Shown here: positions 8,065 through 16,973 of the stretch, one piece after another | How positions within the stretch are numbered: the stretch's first letter is position 1 | Layout: each line of letters opens with the position of its first letter | NCBI GenBank assembly: GCA_965552155.1 | Contig: CBEVRB010000001.1 | Coordinates: forward strand, 1 to 45,139 | Direction of reading: 5' to 3' | Origin: an uncultured bacterium | GTDB lineage: Bacteria > Desulfobacterota > B13-G15 | DNA: 45,139 nucleotides | Translations under genes and position numbers: made by a program | The notes under the pieces: generated by a model | Told to the model about the DNA's origin: nothing | The model's input: only the letters and a program-made list of their open reading frames with translations | Databases searched by the model: none

Positions 8065-9257
8065 TGGAGTTCAGGGAGTACAAAAAGAGGCTCAACAGGG
8101 TGGCCAAGGAGGGGAGGGTAGCCCTGGCCATAGGAAGGGCCCAGAGCAGCTACCGGAGGAACCTCCAGGAGGCCTTCCGTCGCTTCCCCCACACCCCGGA
8201 GCTCGCCAGGGAGGTCCGGAGGATAAAGGAGGAGTCCATCTTGAGGATGGAGGAGCTGGTGGCTTCGGCCAGGGAGGCGATGGAGTCAAACAGTGTGAAG
8301 ACCTTCCTCGCCCGGGATGCGGAGGAGGCCCGGAGGATAATCGGGGAGATCTGCGGCACGGGGAAGACAATCGTGAAGGGAAAGAGCATGACCTCCGAGG
8401 AGATAGACCTGAGGGAGTTCCTGGAAGGGGAGGGAAACGAGGTTTACGAGACGGACCTCGGGGAGTTCCTGGTACAGCTCCTGGGTATAAAGCCGATGCA
8501 CCTTTTGGCTCCGGCGGTCCACCTGACCCGGGAGGAAGTGGCCGAGCTCTTGAGCCGCCACCTCGGCAGGAAGATCCCGCCCCGGATAGAGGAGGAGGTG
8601 GAGGCGGTAAGGGGCTTCCTCAGGGAGAAGTTCATCTCGGCGGATGTGGGGATCACGGGGACGAACGTGATAGCGGCGGACACCGGGGCGATGGTCCAGA
8701 TAGAGAACGAGGGGAACGTGCGTCTGGCAAGCTCCCTGCCTCCCGTTCACATAGTGCTGGTGGGCATAGAGAAGGTGGTCCCCACCTTCCAGGACGCGAT
8801 GAAGGTGGCGGAGGTGACCTGGCGTTACGCCAACTATACGGTACCCGCCTACGTGAACGTGGTCTCAAGCCCCAGCAAGACGGGAGACATAGAGAAGGTG
8901 ACCACCTATGGGGCCCACGGCCCAAGGGAGCTTTACTGCATCTTCCTCGACGGGGGCAGGAGTCGCCTCGCCCAGATGCCCCGCTTCCGGGAGGCCCTCT
9001 ATTGCCTGAGGTGCGGCGGCTGCCTCTACGAGTGTCCCCTCTTCAGCCTGGTGGCGGGGAACTTCGGGGATCGCTACCTCGGGGGAATAGGGGCGATCTG
9101 GACGGCCTTCGTTACGGGAGGGCTGAAGGAGGCAGCCCCCCTGATCTACAGTTGCCTTGCTTGCGGCAGGTGCAAGCTCCGCTGCCCCATGGAGATAGAC
9201 ACCCCGGGCATGTGCCTTGAACTTCGCAGGATCATCGCCGAAGGAGAAGAGGAATAA
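8064..9257 (+). CDS. LUD-domain iron-sulfur protein, LutB-like
   Basis: The N-terminal two-thirds resembles the LUD/DUF162 fold. The C-terminus has CLRCGGCLYECP and CLACGRCKLRCP cluster motifs. ATG 8064 overlaps the upstream TAA (TAATG). The track start at 7839 is an out-of-frame overlap extension. Confidence 0.78.
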   Translation: MEFREYKKRLNRVAKEGRVALAIGRAQSSYRRNLQEAFRRFPHTPELAREVRRIKEESILRMEELVASAREAMESNSVKTFLARDAEEARRIIGEICGTGKTIVKGKSMTSEEIDLREFLEGEGNEVYETDLGEFLVQLLGIKPMHLLAPAVHLTREEVAELLSRHLGRKIPPRIEEEVEAVRGFLREKFISADVGITGTNVIAADTGAMVQIENEGNVRLASSLPPVHIVLVGIEKVVPTFQDAMKVAEVTWRYANYTVPAYVNVVSSPSKTGDIEKVTTYGAHGPRELYCIFLDGGRSRLAQMPRFREALYCLRCGGCLYECPLFSLVAGNFGDRYLGGIGAIWTAFVTGGLKEAAPLIYSCLACGRCKLRCPMEIDTPGMCLELRRIIAEGEEE

Positions 9258-9936
9258 GGAGCGATTCGTAAAGGAGGCCTTCTCCTCTATCGCCAAGCGT
9301 TACGATCTGGCCAATACCCTCCTATCCTTAGGGATAGACTCCTGGTGGAGAAAGCGGGCAAGGGATGCCCTGGGGGAACGTTCCTTGGTGCTCGATCTCT
9401 GCGCCGGCACCCTCTCCATGACCAGAAGCTACCTTGATCGGTGGAGGGGGGGGAGGGTTATCGCCCTCGACTTCTCTCTCGATATGCTCCTTCTGGGACG
9501 AAAGAGGCTGAAGAGGAGGGAGGGACGCTGCTCCCTTGTGCTGGGAGACGCCCTCGCCCTCCCCTTCCCTGCAGGGACCTTCTCCGGGGTGATGATGGCC
9601 TTTGGCCTGCGCAATCTCGTCGATCTGCAGGCGGGGCTTGCTGAGATCTTCAGGGTCTTGGGTGAGGGGGGAAAGGCGGTGATCCTCGAGTTTGGCCACC
9701 CCACCCTCCCCCTCTTCCGTCAGCTTTACAGACTCTACCTCTCGAGGGTGATCCCTTCCCTCGGGGGATGGATCACGGGCAGGAGGGAGGTCCACCATTA
9801 TCTCTTCCGCTCCATCGACTCCTTCCCCTCCCGGGAGGAGATCCTGGGGATGATGCAGAAGGTGGGCTTTAAGGGGCTTAGGGCTTCATCCCTGACCTTG
9901 GGGATCTGCGTCCTTTATCAGGGGGAGAAGGTTTGA
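9217..9936 (+). CDS. menG: Demethylmenaquinone/ubiquinone C-methyltransferase
   Basis: N-terminal FxxIAxRYDLxN...SLG motif typical of UbiE/MenG, and a SAM-binding VLDLCAGT. It overlaps the lutB-like gene by 41 nt. Confidence 0.85.
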   Translation: MNFAGSSPKEKRNKERFVKEAFSSIAKRYDLANTLLSLGIDSWWRKRARDALGERSLVLDLCAGTLSMTRSYLDRWRGGRVIALDFSLDMLLLGRKRLKRREGRCSLVLGDALALPFPAGTFSGVMMAFGLRNLVDLQAGLAEIFRVLGEGGKAVILEFGHPTLPLFRQLYRLYLSRVIPSLGGWITGRREVHHYLFRSIDSFPSREEILGMMQKVGFKGLRASSLTLGICVLYQGEKV

Positions 9937-9973
9937 CTTTGACCAGAGGCTCTGTTAACTTTATGGCGATCAG

Positions 9974-10612
9974 ATGTACTCTACCTTGCAACAGATCACG
10001 GTAATGGTGGTGCCGGTCCTCGGGGCCGTCACCTTCCACGAGTTGGCCCACGGGTGGGTGGCCGATCGCCTGGGGGACCCCACCCCTCGGCTCTCAGGCA
10101 GGCTTACCATAAACCCCCTGAAGCACCTCGATCTGGTGGGAACCCTGGTCTTCTTCCTCACCCGGATGATCGGATGGGCAAAGCCCGTTCCCATAAATCC
10201 CCTCCACTTCCGTGACCCCCGCAAGGGGATGGTGTGGGTGGCCCTGGCAGGCCCTTCGGCCAACCTGCTCCTGGCCACAGGCTGCGCCTTCCTCTTTCGA
10301 GCCCTCACTTCCCTCCCCATCAGTGCCTCCTCTTTTCTGGCCAAGGTCTTCGTGCCCCTTCTCCTCATGCTCAAGATAGGGGTGGTAATCAACCTGGGGC
10401 TTGCCTTCTTCAACATCATCCCCGTCCCCCCCCTCGATGGGGGAAGGGTGCTGGTGGGGATCCTCCCCAGGGAGAAGGCGCTCAGTGTGGCCCGGGTGGA
10501 GCCTTATGGCTTCCTGATCCTCATCCTTCTGATCGTGGCAGGGGTGGTAGAGGTGGTCATCTATCCCCTGATCCGTTTAGGGGTCAGGATCCTTCTTGGA
10601 GGCCTCTGGTAA
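9974..10612 (+). CDS. Site-2 protease family (M50) membrane zinc metalloprotease
   Basis: HELAHG zinc motif in a TM helix, several further TM helices, and a distal NxxPxxPLDGG motif. Confidence 0.8.
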   Translation: MYSTLQQITVMVVPVLGAVTFHELAHGWVADRLGDPTPRLSGRLTINPLKHLDLVGTLVFFLTRMIGWAKPVPINPLHFRDPRKGMVWVALAGPSANLLLATGCAFLFRALTSLPISASSFLAKVFVPLLLMLKIGVVINLGLAFFNIIPVPPLDGGRVLVGILPREKALSVARVEPYGFLILILLIVAGVVEVVIYPLIRLGVRILLGGLW

Positions 10613-10623
10613 AGGAGGAGAGG

Positions 10624-11607
10624 ATGGAGAGGAAGGTCCTTAGCGGAATGAGACCCACAGGAAAGACCCACCTGGGGCATCTTCACGGTATATTGGAGAA
10701 CTGGCGCAGGCTGCAGGACGAGTACACCTGCTTTTACTTCGCCGCCGACTGGCACGCCCTCACCTCGGAGTACAAGGACCCCACGGTGATCAAGGAGAGC
10801 CTCGTGGAGATGTTCGTGGATTGGCTGAGCGTGGGGCTTGACCCCCAGAAGTCCACTCTCTTCGTCCAGTCCTGGGTGAAGGAGCACGCGGAGCTGCATC
10901 TCCTGCTTTCCATGATCACTCCCCTGGGCTGGTTGGAGAGGAACCCCACCTATAAGGAACAGCAGGAGGAGCTCAAGGGGAAGGACCTCGGCACCTACGG
11001 GTTCCTCGGATATCCGGTCCTTCAGGCGGCCGACATACTCATGTACAAGGCCCACTTCGTCCCCGTGGGAAAGGACCAGCTTCCTCACTTGGAGATAACC
11101 AGGGAGATCGCCCGGCGCTTCGCCTATCTCTACAGGGAGATCTTCCCCCTTCCCCAAGCCCTCCTCACCGAGGTGCCGATCCTGCCGGGCATAGACGGCC
11201 GCAAGATGAGCAAGAGCTACAACAACGCCATCTACCTCTCAGATCCACCCGAGGTGATCGCCTCCAAGGTCTCCCAGATGGTCACCGATCCCCAGCGGGG
11301 CAGGAGGCACGACCCCGGTGACCCTGAAGTGTGCAGCGTCTTTGCCTACCACCGCCTTTACACCGAGGGGGAGCGGGTCGAGGAGATCGCCAGGGAGTGT
11401 CGCAGGGCAGGGATCGGCTGCGTTGACTGCAAGAAGATCCTCGCTGCGAACCTTAAGGCCTACCTCGCCCCCATCCAGGAGAGGAGGGCCCACCATTTGA
11501 CCCACCTCTCGGAGGTCCGCGAGATCATGGAGGAGGGCACCGCGAGGGCGAGGGAGGTGGCCCGGGCGACGATGGAGGAGGTGAGGGAGGCGATAGAGCT
11601 TGCCTGA
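10624..11607 (+). CDS. trpS: Tryptophan--tRNA ligase
   Basis: SGMRPTGKTHLGHLHG (HIGH-type motif), KMSKS, and overall TrpRS-like sequence. The start is ATG 10624. The track extension to 10234 overlaps the M50 gene out of frame. Confidence 0.92.
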   Translation: MERKVLSGMRPTGKTHLGHLHGILENWRRLQDEYTCFYFAADWHALTSEYKDPTVIKESLVEMFVDWLSVGLDPQKSTLFVQSWVKEHAELHLLLSMITPLGWLERNPTYKEQQEELKGKDLGTYGFLGYPVLQAADILMYKAHFVPVGKDQLPHLEITREIARRFAYLYREIFPLPQALLTEVPILPGIDGRKMSKSYNNAIYLSDPPEVIASKVSQMVTDPQRGRRHDPGDPEVCSVFAYHRLYTEGERVEEIARECRRAGIGCVDCKKILAANLKAYLAPIQERRAHHLTHLSEVREIMEEGTARAREVARATMEEVREAIELA

Positions 11608-11608
11608 G

Positions 11609-12316
11609 ATGGAACCCTATCAGGTAAAAATCCAGGTCTTTGAGGGCCCCCTCGATCTTCTGCTCCACTTGGTAAGGAAGAACAAGATAGACATCATGGA
11701 CATACCCATCGCCCTGATCACCGAGCAGTACCTGGAGTACATTCGCCTGATGAGGGCCCTGGACATAAACGTGGCTGGGGAATATCTTCTTATGGCCGCC
11801 ACCCTAATGTACATAAAGTCGAGGACCCTCCTCCCCCGTCATGAGGCAGAGGAGGAAGAAGACCCCAGGGCAGAGCTCTCCCGCAGGCTCCTCCTCTATG
11901 AGGCCTTCAAGGAGGCCGCAAGCGCCCTGGGAGAGAGGCCCCTCTTAGAGAGGGACGTCTTCATCAGGGAGGTTCTCGATGAGGGTGGAGAGGGGGAGAT
12001 AGAGGCGGACCTTCCTTCCCTCCTTCAAGCCTTGCGGACCCTTTCCCAGAAGGCCGGAGGGCGGGAGGAGATCCAGCGGATCACCCCCGATACCATAACC
12101 GTTCGCCAGAAGATGGGGGAGATCCTGAAGCTCCTTGAGGAAGTGGACCTTCTTGCCCTTCAGTCCTTCGCCTCGGGGAAGGAAGAGCTAATCGTCTCCT
12201 TTCTGGCTCTGCTCGAGCTTGCCAAGGAGGGGTTGATACACCTTTGGCAAACTGAGGACTTCGGCCCCCTGTGGGCGAGCAAGTTCCCCGGGAAGAACGG
12301 GATCTGCTATGGGTAA
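11609..12316 (+). CDS. scpA: Segregation and condensation protein A
   Basis: FEGPLDLLLHLVRKNKIDIMDIPIALITEQYLEYI is the ScpA kleisin N-terminal signature. Confidence 0.88.
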   Translation: MEPYQVKIQVFEGPLDLLLHLVRKNKIDIMDIPIALITEQYLEYIRLMRALDINVAGEYLLMAATLMYIKSRTLLPRHEAEEEEDPRAELSRRLLLYEAFKEAASALGERPLLERDVFIREVLDEGGEGEIEADLPSLLQALRTLSQKAGGREEIQRITPDTITVRQKMGEILKLLEEVDLLALQSFASGKEELIVSFLALLELAKEGLIHLWQTEDFGPLWASKFPGKNGICYG

Positions 12317-12959
12317 ACCTTTCCCCTTCCTGCTCATCCTTTCCCTATTCCTATTGCCCCTGAGCGCTTACGGCGGACATTACCAGGTCAAGGTGGTGGA
12401 GGGGCTAATGGAGAAGCGACCTCACCTTCCCTCCCCTTCGTGGCGAGACGTGCTTCAGGAGGCGCTGGAGAGGGCGGTAAAGGAGGTGGCCAGGGAGATG
12501 GCCCAGGGATGGGAGGAGGTCCTGGAGGAAGGGATAGGGGGGCGGGCGGCCGATTTCGTGATGAGCTACCGGATCCTGCAGAGGGTCGATTCCCCATGGG
12601 CGAGGAGGATGGTCGTGGAGGTAACGGTGGACCGGGAAGCCCTGAGGGAGGCCCTTCAGGCCTTGGGGCTGGTTAAGGAGGAAAGGGCAAAGGACTATTC
12701 CCTTGTCCTGGTCGGGATAAGGAAATATGAGGATCTGATGAAGCTGGAAAGGGAATTGCAGAAAGGCGAGAAGGTGCAAGATATACAACTGCAGCAGGCG
12801 GAGAGGGGAAGGTTCGTCTTCAGGGTAACCTTCTCCGGCCCGAAGGGGGAGCTGGAGAGGGTCCTGAGCTCCCTTAAGATCAACGGGTCCTCCCTCAAGG
12901 TGAAGGGGAGGCTGGGGAAGGTGATAGAGGCAGAGTTTTACGAGGAGGTCACAAGATGA
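12309..12959 (+). CDS. Hypothetical secreted protein or lipoprotein
   Basis: Clear signal peptide (MGKPFPFLLILSLFLLPLSAYG). Coding-like composition. Coupled to scpA (8-nt overlap) and to sppA (ATGA overlap). I recognise no family. Confidence 0.6.
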   Translation: MGKPFPFLLILSLFLLPLSAYGGHYQVKVVEGLMEKRPHLPSPSWRDVLQEALERAVKEVAREMAQGWEEVLEEGIGGRAADFVMSYRILQRVDSPWARRMVVEVTVDREALREALQALGLVKEERAKDYSLVLVGIRKYEDLMKLERELQKGEKVQDIQLQQAERGRFVFRVTFSGPKGELERVLSSLKINGSSLKVKGRLGKVIEAEFYEEVTR

Positions 12960-13837
12960 AGAGGCAACCCATCTTGGTTGGCCTTTTGATCCTGGGGGTG
13001 ATCCTGATCGTCTTCATCGGGTCCATCGTCCTGATAAGCTATCTCTTCCGCCGCGAACCCCCTCCTCTGGCTTTTGGGGACAAGATAGGGGTGGTGGAGA
13101 TAATGGGAGTGATCACCGATCCCAAAGAGACGATCCACTGGATCAAGACCTTCAGGGAGGATAAGGGGATAAAGGCGATAGTCCTGCGGATCGACTCCCC
13201 TGGCGGTTCGGTGGGGGCCTCCCAGGAGATATACCGGGAGGTGATGAAGACGAGGAAGTTCAAGAAGGTGATCGCCTCCATGGGCAACGTGGCCGCCTCT
13301 GGGGGTTATTACATCGCCTCGGCAGCTCACAAGATAGTGGCAAATCCCGGAACCATCACGGGCAGTATAGGCGTGGTGATGCAGTTCACCAACGTGGAGG
13401 AGCTGCTGAGGAAGATAGGCCTTAGGGGATACGTGATAAAGAGCGCCCCCCATAAGGACATCGGCTCACCCTTCAGGGAGATGACCAAACAGGAGAAGGC
13501 CCTGCTGCAGGAGGTAATAGACAACGTCCACCAGCAGTTCGTCAAGGCGGTGGCGGAAGGAAGGGGGCTGCCCCTCAAGAAGGTGGAGGAGATTGCCGAC
13601 GGGAGGATATTCTCAGGGGAGCAGGCCCTGGAGCTCGGGCTGGTCGATCGGCTGGGGTCTTTCGAGGATGCGGTAAGCTGGGCTGCAGAGCTGGCAGGGA
13701 TAAAGGGAAAGCCCCATCTGGTTTACGGCAGGAAGAGATACAGAGTCCTGGACTATCTGATTGAAGGGGCGGTCAGGATCTGGAAGAGGGAGATCTTGGA
13801 GAGGTTCCCACAGCTCGCTTATCTCTGGGTCCCATGA
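12956..13837 (+). CDS. sppA: Signal peptide peptidase SppA, 36K type (S49)
   Basis: N-terminal TM anchor, RIDSPGGSV and the catalytic-Ser context GNVAASGGYYIA. Confidence 0.88.
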   Translation: MKRQPILVGLLILGVILIVFIGSIVLISYLFRREPPPLAFGDKIGVVEIMGVITDPKETIHWIKTFREDKGIKAIVLRIDSPGGSVGASQEIYREVMKTRKFKKVIASMGNVAASGGYYIASAAHKIVANPGTITGSIGVVMQFTNVEELLRKIGLRGYVIKSAPHKDIGSPFREMTKQEKALLQEVIDNVHQQFVKAVAEGRGLPLKKVEEIADGRIFSGEQALELGLVDRLGSFEDAVSWAAELAGIKGKPHLVYGRKRYRVLDYLIEGAVRIWKREILERFPQLAYLWVP

Positions 13838-14661
13838 TCCCCCTCCCCCTTTCTGGCCAGGACGATGAATCCGGTGTGCCCGACCATCCGATGATAAGGC
13901 CGCACGCTCAGACCCTCCACGTTCCAGTTTCTCAGGAGTACCTCGAGGATCTCGATGGAATAGAAGAAGGGATTCCCCCGCAGGGTCTCCACCAGGGAGT
14001 TGACCTGAAGCACGGTGGGGAGGTAGCTGAGCATAAGCCCCCCCTGGCGCAGACTTCGAGCGGCATGCTCCACCACCTTCCAGGGCTCAGGCACGTCGAG
14101 GATGATCCGATCGAGATCCCCCTCCTCTATTCCCTCGTAGACGTCCTTCAGCTTGATGACGTGGTTAGGAGGAGGGCCCATGTAGAGCTCCACGTTCCTC
14201 TTCGCCCTCTTCACGAATTCCTCCCTCACCTCATAGGAAATCACCTTTCCCCTCTCCCCCACGGCCCTCAGCAGGGCGAGGGTGAGGGCACCGGAACCGA
14301 TCCCCGCCTCCAGGACCGTCGAGCCGGGGTAGATGTCGGCATAAAAGAGGATTATCGAGAGGTCCTTCGGGTAGATTATCTGGGTATCCCTCCTCATGTG
14401 CATGATGAACTGGCGGAGGGTAGGGCGGAAGACCACGAAGGGGGCTCCCAGAGAGGTGCGGATCACCGATCCGTCCTCCTTGCCGACGATATCGTCGAGG
14501 AGGATCCTCCCCTTGTGGAGGTTCACCTGCACGCCCCTCTTCAGCCGGTAACAGAACTCCTTATCGTCCTCGGGATCGAGGAGGATCACCATCTCCCCCT
14601 CGGAGAAGGGAAGCCTCTTCGTCCCCGCCTCTGGGGTGAGAAGCCCGTGCCACCAAACCAT
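13819..14661 (-). CDS. trmI: tRNA (adenine58-N1)-methyltransferase TrmI/GCD14 family
   Basis: RDTQIIYPKD, the SAM motif VLEAGIGSGALT and DRIILDVPEPW. The SD AAGGGA lies 5 nt before the ATG. Confidence 0.85.
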   Translation of the reverse strand: MVWWHGLLTPEAGTKRLPFSEGEMVILLDPEDDKEFCYRLKRGVQVNLHKGRILLDDIVGKEDGSVIRTSLGAPFVVFRPTLRQFIMHMRRDTQIIYPKDLSIILFYADIYPGSTVLEAGIGSGALTLALLRAVGERGKVISYEVREEFVKRAKRNVELYMGPPPNHVIKLKDVYEGIEEGDLDRIILDVPEPWKVVEHAARSLRQGGLMLSYLPTVLQVNSLVETLRGNPFFYSIEILEVLLRNWNVEGLSVRPYHRMVGHTGFIVLARKGEGDHGTQR

Positions 14662-14709
14662 CTCTGTCCCTTAACCTATCCCATCTCAGGGGAGGTGTCA
14701 AACTGAGGG

Positions 14710-15714
14710 ATGGGCCTGATCCTTTATCACATTCTCACCTTTTCCCTTGCCTTCCTCCTTTCCCTCTACTTCACCCCCATCATGAGGAGGGGGGCCCTGC
14801 GCTTTGGCATCCTGGATCGGCCCGACGGAAGGCTCAAGCGCCATCCCCAGCCGGTCCCCTATTTGGGAGGGGTGGCGGTCTACTTCTCCTTTCTGCTCAC
14901 CGTGAGCTTCTCCTTTCCCTTCACGGAGGAGGCCCTCGGCCTCACCCTCTCAGGGACTATCCTGCTACTGGTTGGCCTGCTCGATGACCTGGGTTCCCTC
15001 CCCCCTGCGGTGAAGCTCGCTGCCCAGACCTTTGCGATATTTGTGCTCGCAAGGGCGGGGGTATATATAAAGCTCGTCTTCCTCCCCCCCTGGGCCAACC
15101 TATCCCTCACCTTCCTCTGGCTCCTGGCCATAACCAATGCCTTCAACATCCTGGATGTGATGGACGGCCTGGCTGCAGGGGTAGGGGGGATCGCTGCCAT
15201 AGGGTTTGCCATCGTGTCCACCCTGAATGGCAGGATAGAGGTCGCCACCATGGCCGTGGCCCTGGGGGGAAGTCTCTGGGGCTTTATGCGCTACAACTTC
15301 GCCCCGGCGAAGATCTTCCTCGGGGATGCTGGAAGCATGTTCATCGGCTTCCTCCTGGGAGGGTTAGCCGTGGTGGGGAGTTACAGCTGGAAGAACCCCC
15401 TCGGGTTCCTCGCCCCCGCGGTCGTCCTGGGAGTCCCCATATTCGACACGCTGCTGGTCATATACAGCAGGCTCAAGAAGGGGATCTCCCCCTTCAGGGG
15501 GAGCCCTGACCATTTTGCCATAAAGCTTCAGGGGTTGGGCCTTTCGCCCCGAAAGGTGGCCCTTCTGAGCTATGGAGTGGGAGGGGGACTCGCCGGGCTG
15601 GGGATAGGGATGATGGAGATGGGGTCATGGAGGGCGGTCCTCGTGATATCTCTGCTCCTCCTCATCCTCGCGATCTGGGGCATCCTCATAATCGATCGGA
15701 TGGAGGGGAGATGA
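14710..15714 (+). CDS. Glycosyltransferase family 4 polyprenyl-phosphate sugar-1-phosphate transferase (WecA/MraY-like)
   Basis: Polytopic membrane protein with NAFNILDVMDGLAAG (NxxNxxDGxDGL) and FLGDAGSMFIG motifs. Confidence 0.85.
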   Translation: MGLILYHILTFSLAFLLSLYFTPIMRRGALRFGILDRPDGRLKRHPQPVPYLGGVAVYFSFLLTVSFSFPFTEEALGLTLSGTILLLVGLLDDLGSLPPAVKLAAQTFAIFVLARAGVYIKLVFLPPWANLSLTFLWLLAITNAFNILDVMDGLAAGVGGIAAIGFAIVSTLNGRIEVATMAVALGGSLWGFMRYNFAPAKIFLGDAGSMFIGFLLGGLAVVGSYSWKNPLGFLAPAVVLGVPIFDTLLVIYSRLKKGISPFRGSPDHFAIKLQGLGLSPRKVALLSYGVGGGLAGLGIGMMEMGSWRAVLVISLLLLILAIWGILIIDRMEGR

Positions 15715-16973
15715 TCCTGGTGGTAGGAGCGGGCCTTTCCGGAATGAGCTTCTCCCTTCACGCAAGGGAGGATGACGTCCTCCTGGTGGAGAAGGAAAGG
15801 GAAGTGGGAGGGCTTTGCCGATCCATCAGGGTGGAAGGCTTCACCTTCGATTACACCGGACACCTGCTTCACCTGAGGGACCCCTCGATGGAGGGGTGGG
15901 TTAAGGAGATCCTCCCGGACTGGAGGCTTCACCACCGCAGGGCGGCCATCCACCTGGACAGGACCCTCATCCCCTACCCCTTCCAGGCCAACCTCTGGGC
16001 CCTTCCCCCATCCCTTAAGAGGGAATGTCTCGAGGGTTACAGAAGGAGGGAGGCGAAAGGTGAGGGGTTCGTCTCCTGGGTGAAGGGGAACTTCGGGGAA
16101 GGGATGGCCCATCACTTCTTCCTCCCCTACAACAGGAAGCTCTGGCTCTACCCCCTGGAGGAGATGGCCCCGGAATGGGCGGAGAGGTTCATCCCCATAC
16201 CTGACCCCTCTCAGGTAGAGGAAGGGGCAAAGGCCCCCCCGAATAGGAACTACGGTTACCACCATCGGTTCCTCTACCCTTCCTCAGGGGGAATAGGGGC
16301 CTTCTCCGAGGCACTGGGCAAGGGGATAAAGAACCTCCTTCTGGGAAAGGAACTGGTGGCCCTCAGGATCGCTCCCAAAGAGGCTGTTTTCTCCGATGGG
16401 GAAATAATCCGGTATGATCGGCTTATCGCCACCCTCCCCCTGGTGGAGCTCCTAAGGCGGATCGAGGACCTCCCCGAGGAGGGGGAGGAATGGTTAAGGA
16501 GACTCAGATACGTCTCTGTTACGGCCCTCCATCTGGGGATAGAGGGGAAGGTCAACTTCCCCTATCACTGGATATATTTCCCCGAGCCCGAGTACCCCTT
16601 CTACAGGGTGGGATTCCCCTCCTCCCTCTCTCCTTCCATGGCTCCCCAGGGGATGAGGTCTATGACCGTCGAGGTGGCCCACCTCCCCGATGAATCTCTC
16701 GACAGGGAGTCCTTTAAGGATGGCTGCCTCAGGGGCCTTCGCCGATCAGGGCTCCTTGAAGAGGGAGAGAGGGTAGTGGTCATGAGGTTCTCGGAGATAA
16801 GGCATGCCTACGTCTTTTTCGACCGATGGAGGGGGGAGAACCTGTCCAGAATAATGGCGTTTCTCCGTAAACACGGGATATATCCCCTAGGCCGATATGC
16901 CCGGTGGGAGTACTCCACCATGGAGGACGCCCTTCGGGAGGGAAGGGCCTTGGCGAGGGAACTTGCAGGATGA
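15711..16973 (+). CDS. FAD/NAD(P)-binding oxidoreductase (amine-oxidase / UDP-galactopyranose-mutase-like fold)
   Basis: N-terminal dinucleotide fold MILVVGAGLSGMS...LLVEKEREVGGL. ATGA overlaps on both sides place it inside the glycan cluster. The substrate is unknown. Confidence 0.7.
   Translation: MILVVGAGLSGMSFSLHAREDDVLLVEKEREVGGLCRSIRVEGFTFDYTGHLLHLRDPSMEGWVKEILPDWRLHHRRAAIHLDRTLIPYPFQANLWALPPSLKRECLEGYRRREAKGEGFVSWVKGNFGEGMAHHFFLPYNRKLWLYPLEEMAPEWAERFIPIPDPSQVEEGAKAPPNRNYGYHHRFLYPSSGGIGAFSEALGKGIKNLLLGKELVALRIAPKEAVFSDGEIIRYDRLIATLPLVELLRRIEDLPEEGEEWLRRLRYVSVTALHLGIEGKVNFPYHWIYFPEPEYPFYRVGFPSSLSPSMAPQGMRSMTVEVAHLPDESLDRESFKDGCLRGLRRSGLLEEGERVVVMRFSEIRHAYVFFDRWRGENLSRIMAFLRKHGIYPLGRYARWEYSTMEDALREGRALARELAG

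Noticed and set aside
9933-9961. TTGACT-17 nt-TAACTT upstream of the M50 protease gene.
   Set aside because: The -10 hexamer is weak, and the implied transcript would have a leader of only about 6 nt with no SD. The gene is probably co-transcribed with menG.
10234-10623. N-terminal extensions of ORF-track entries for trpS (10234), lutB-like (7839), korB (24454), thpR (42621), iorB (to 34004), ilvB (38370), the ferredoxin (6618), the FAD protein (15627), the GT-B glycosyltransferase (16904) and pilD (18063).
   Set aside because: Each extension overlaps the preceding well-supported gene in another frame and translates to Pro/Gly/Arg-rich nonsense. In every case an internal ATG, GTG or TTG sits at or next to the upstream stop, and the family-typical N-terminus starts there.
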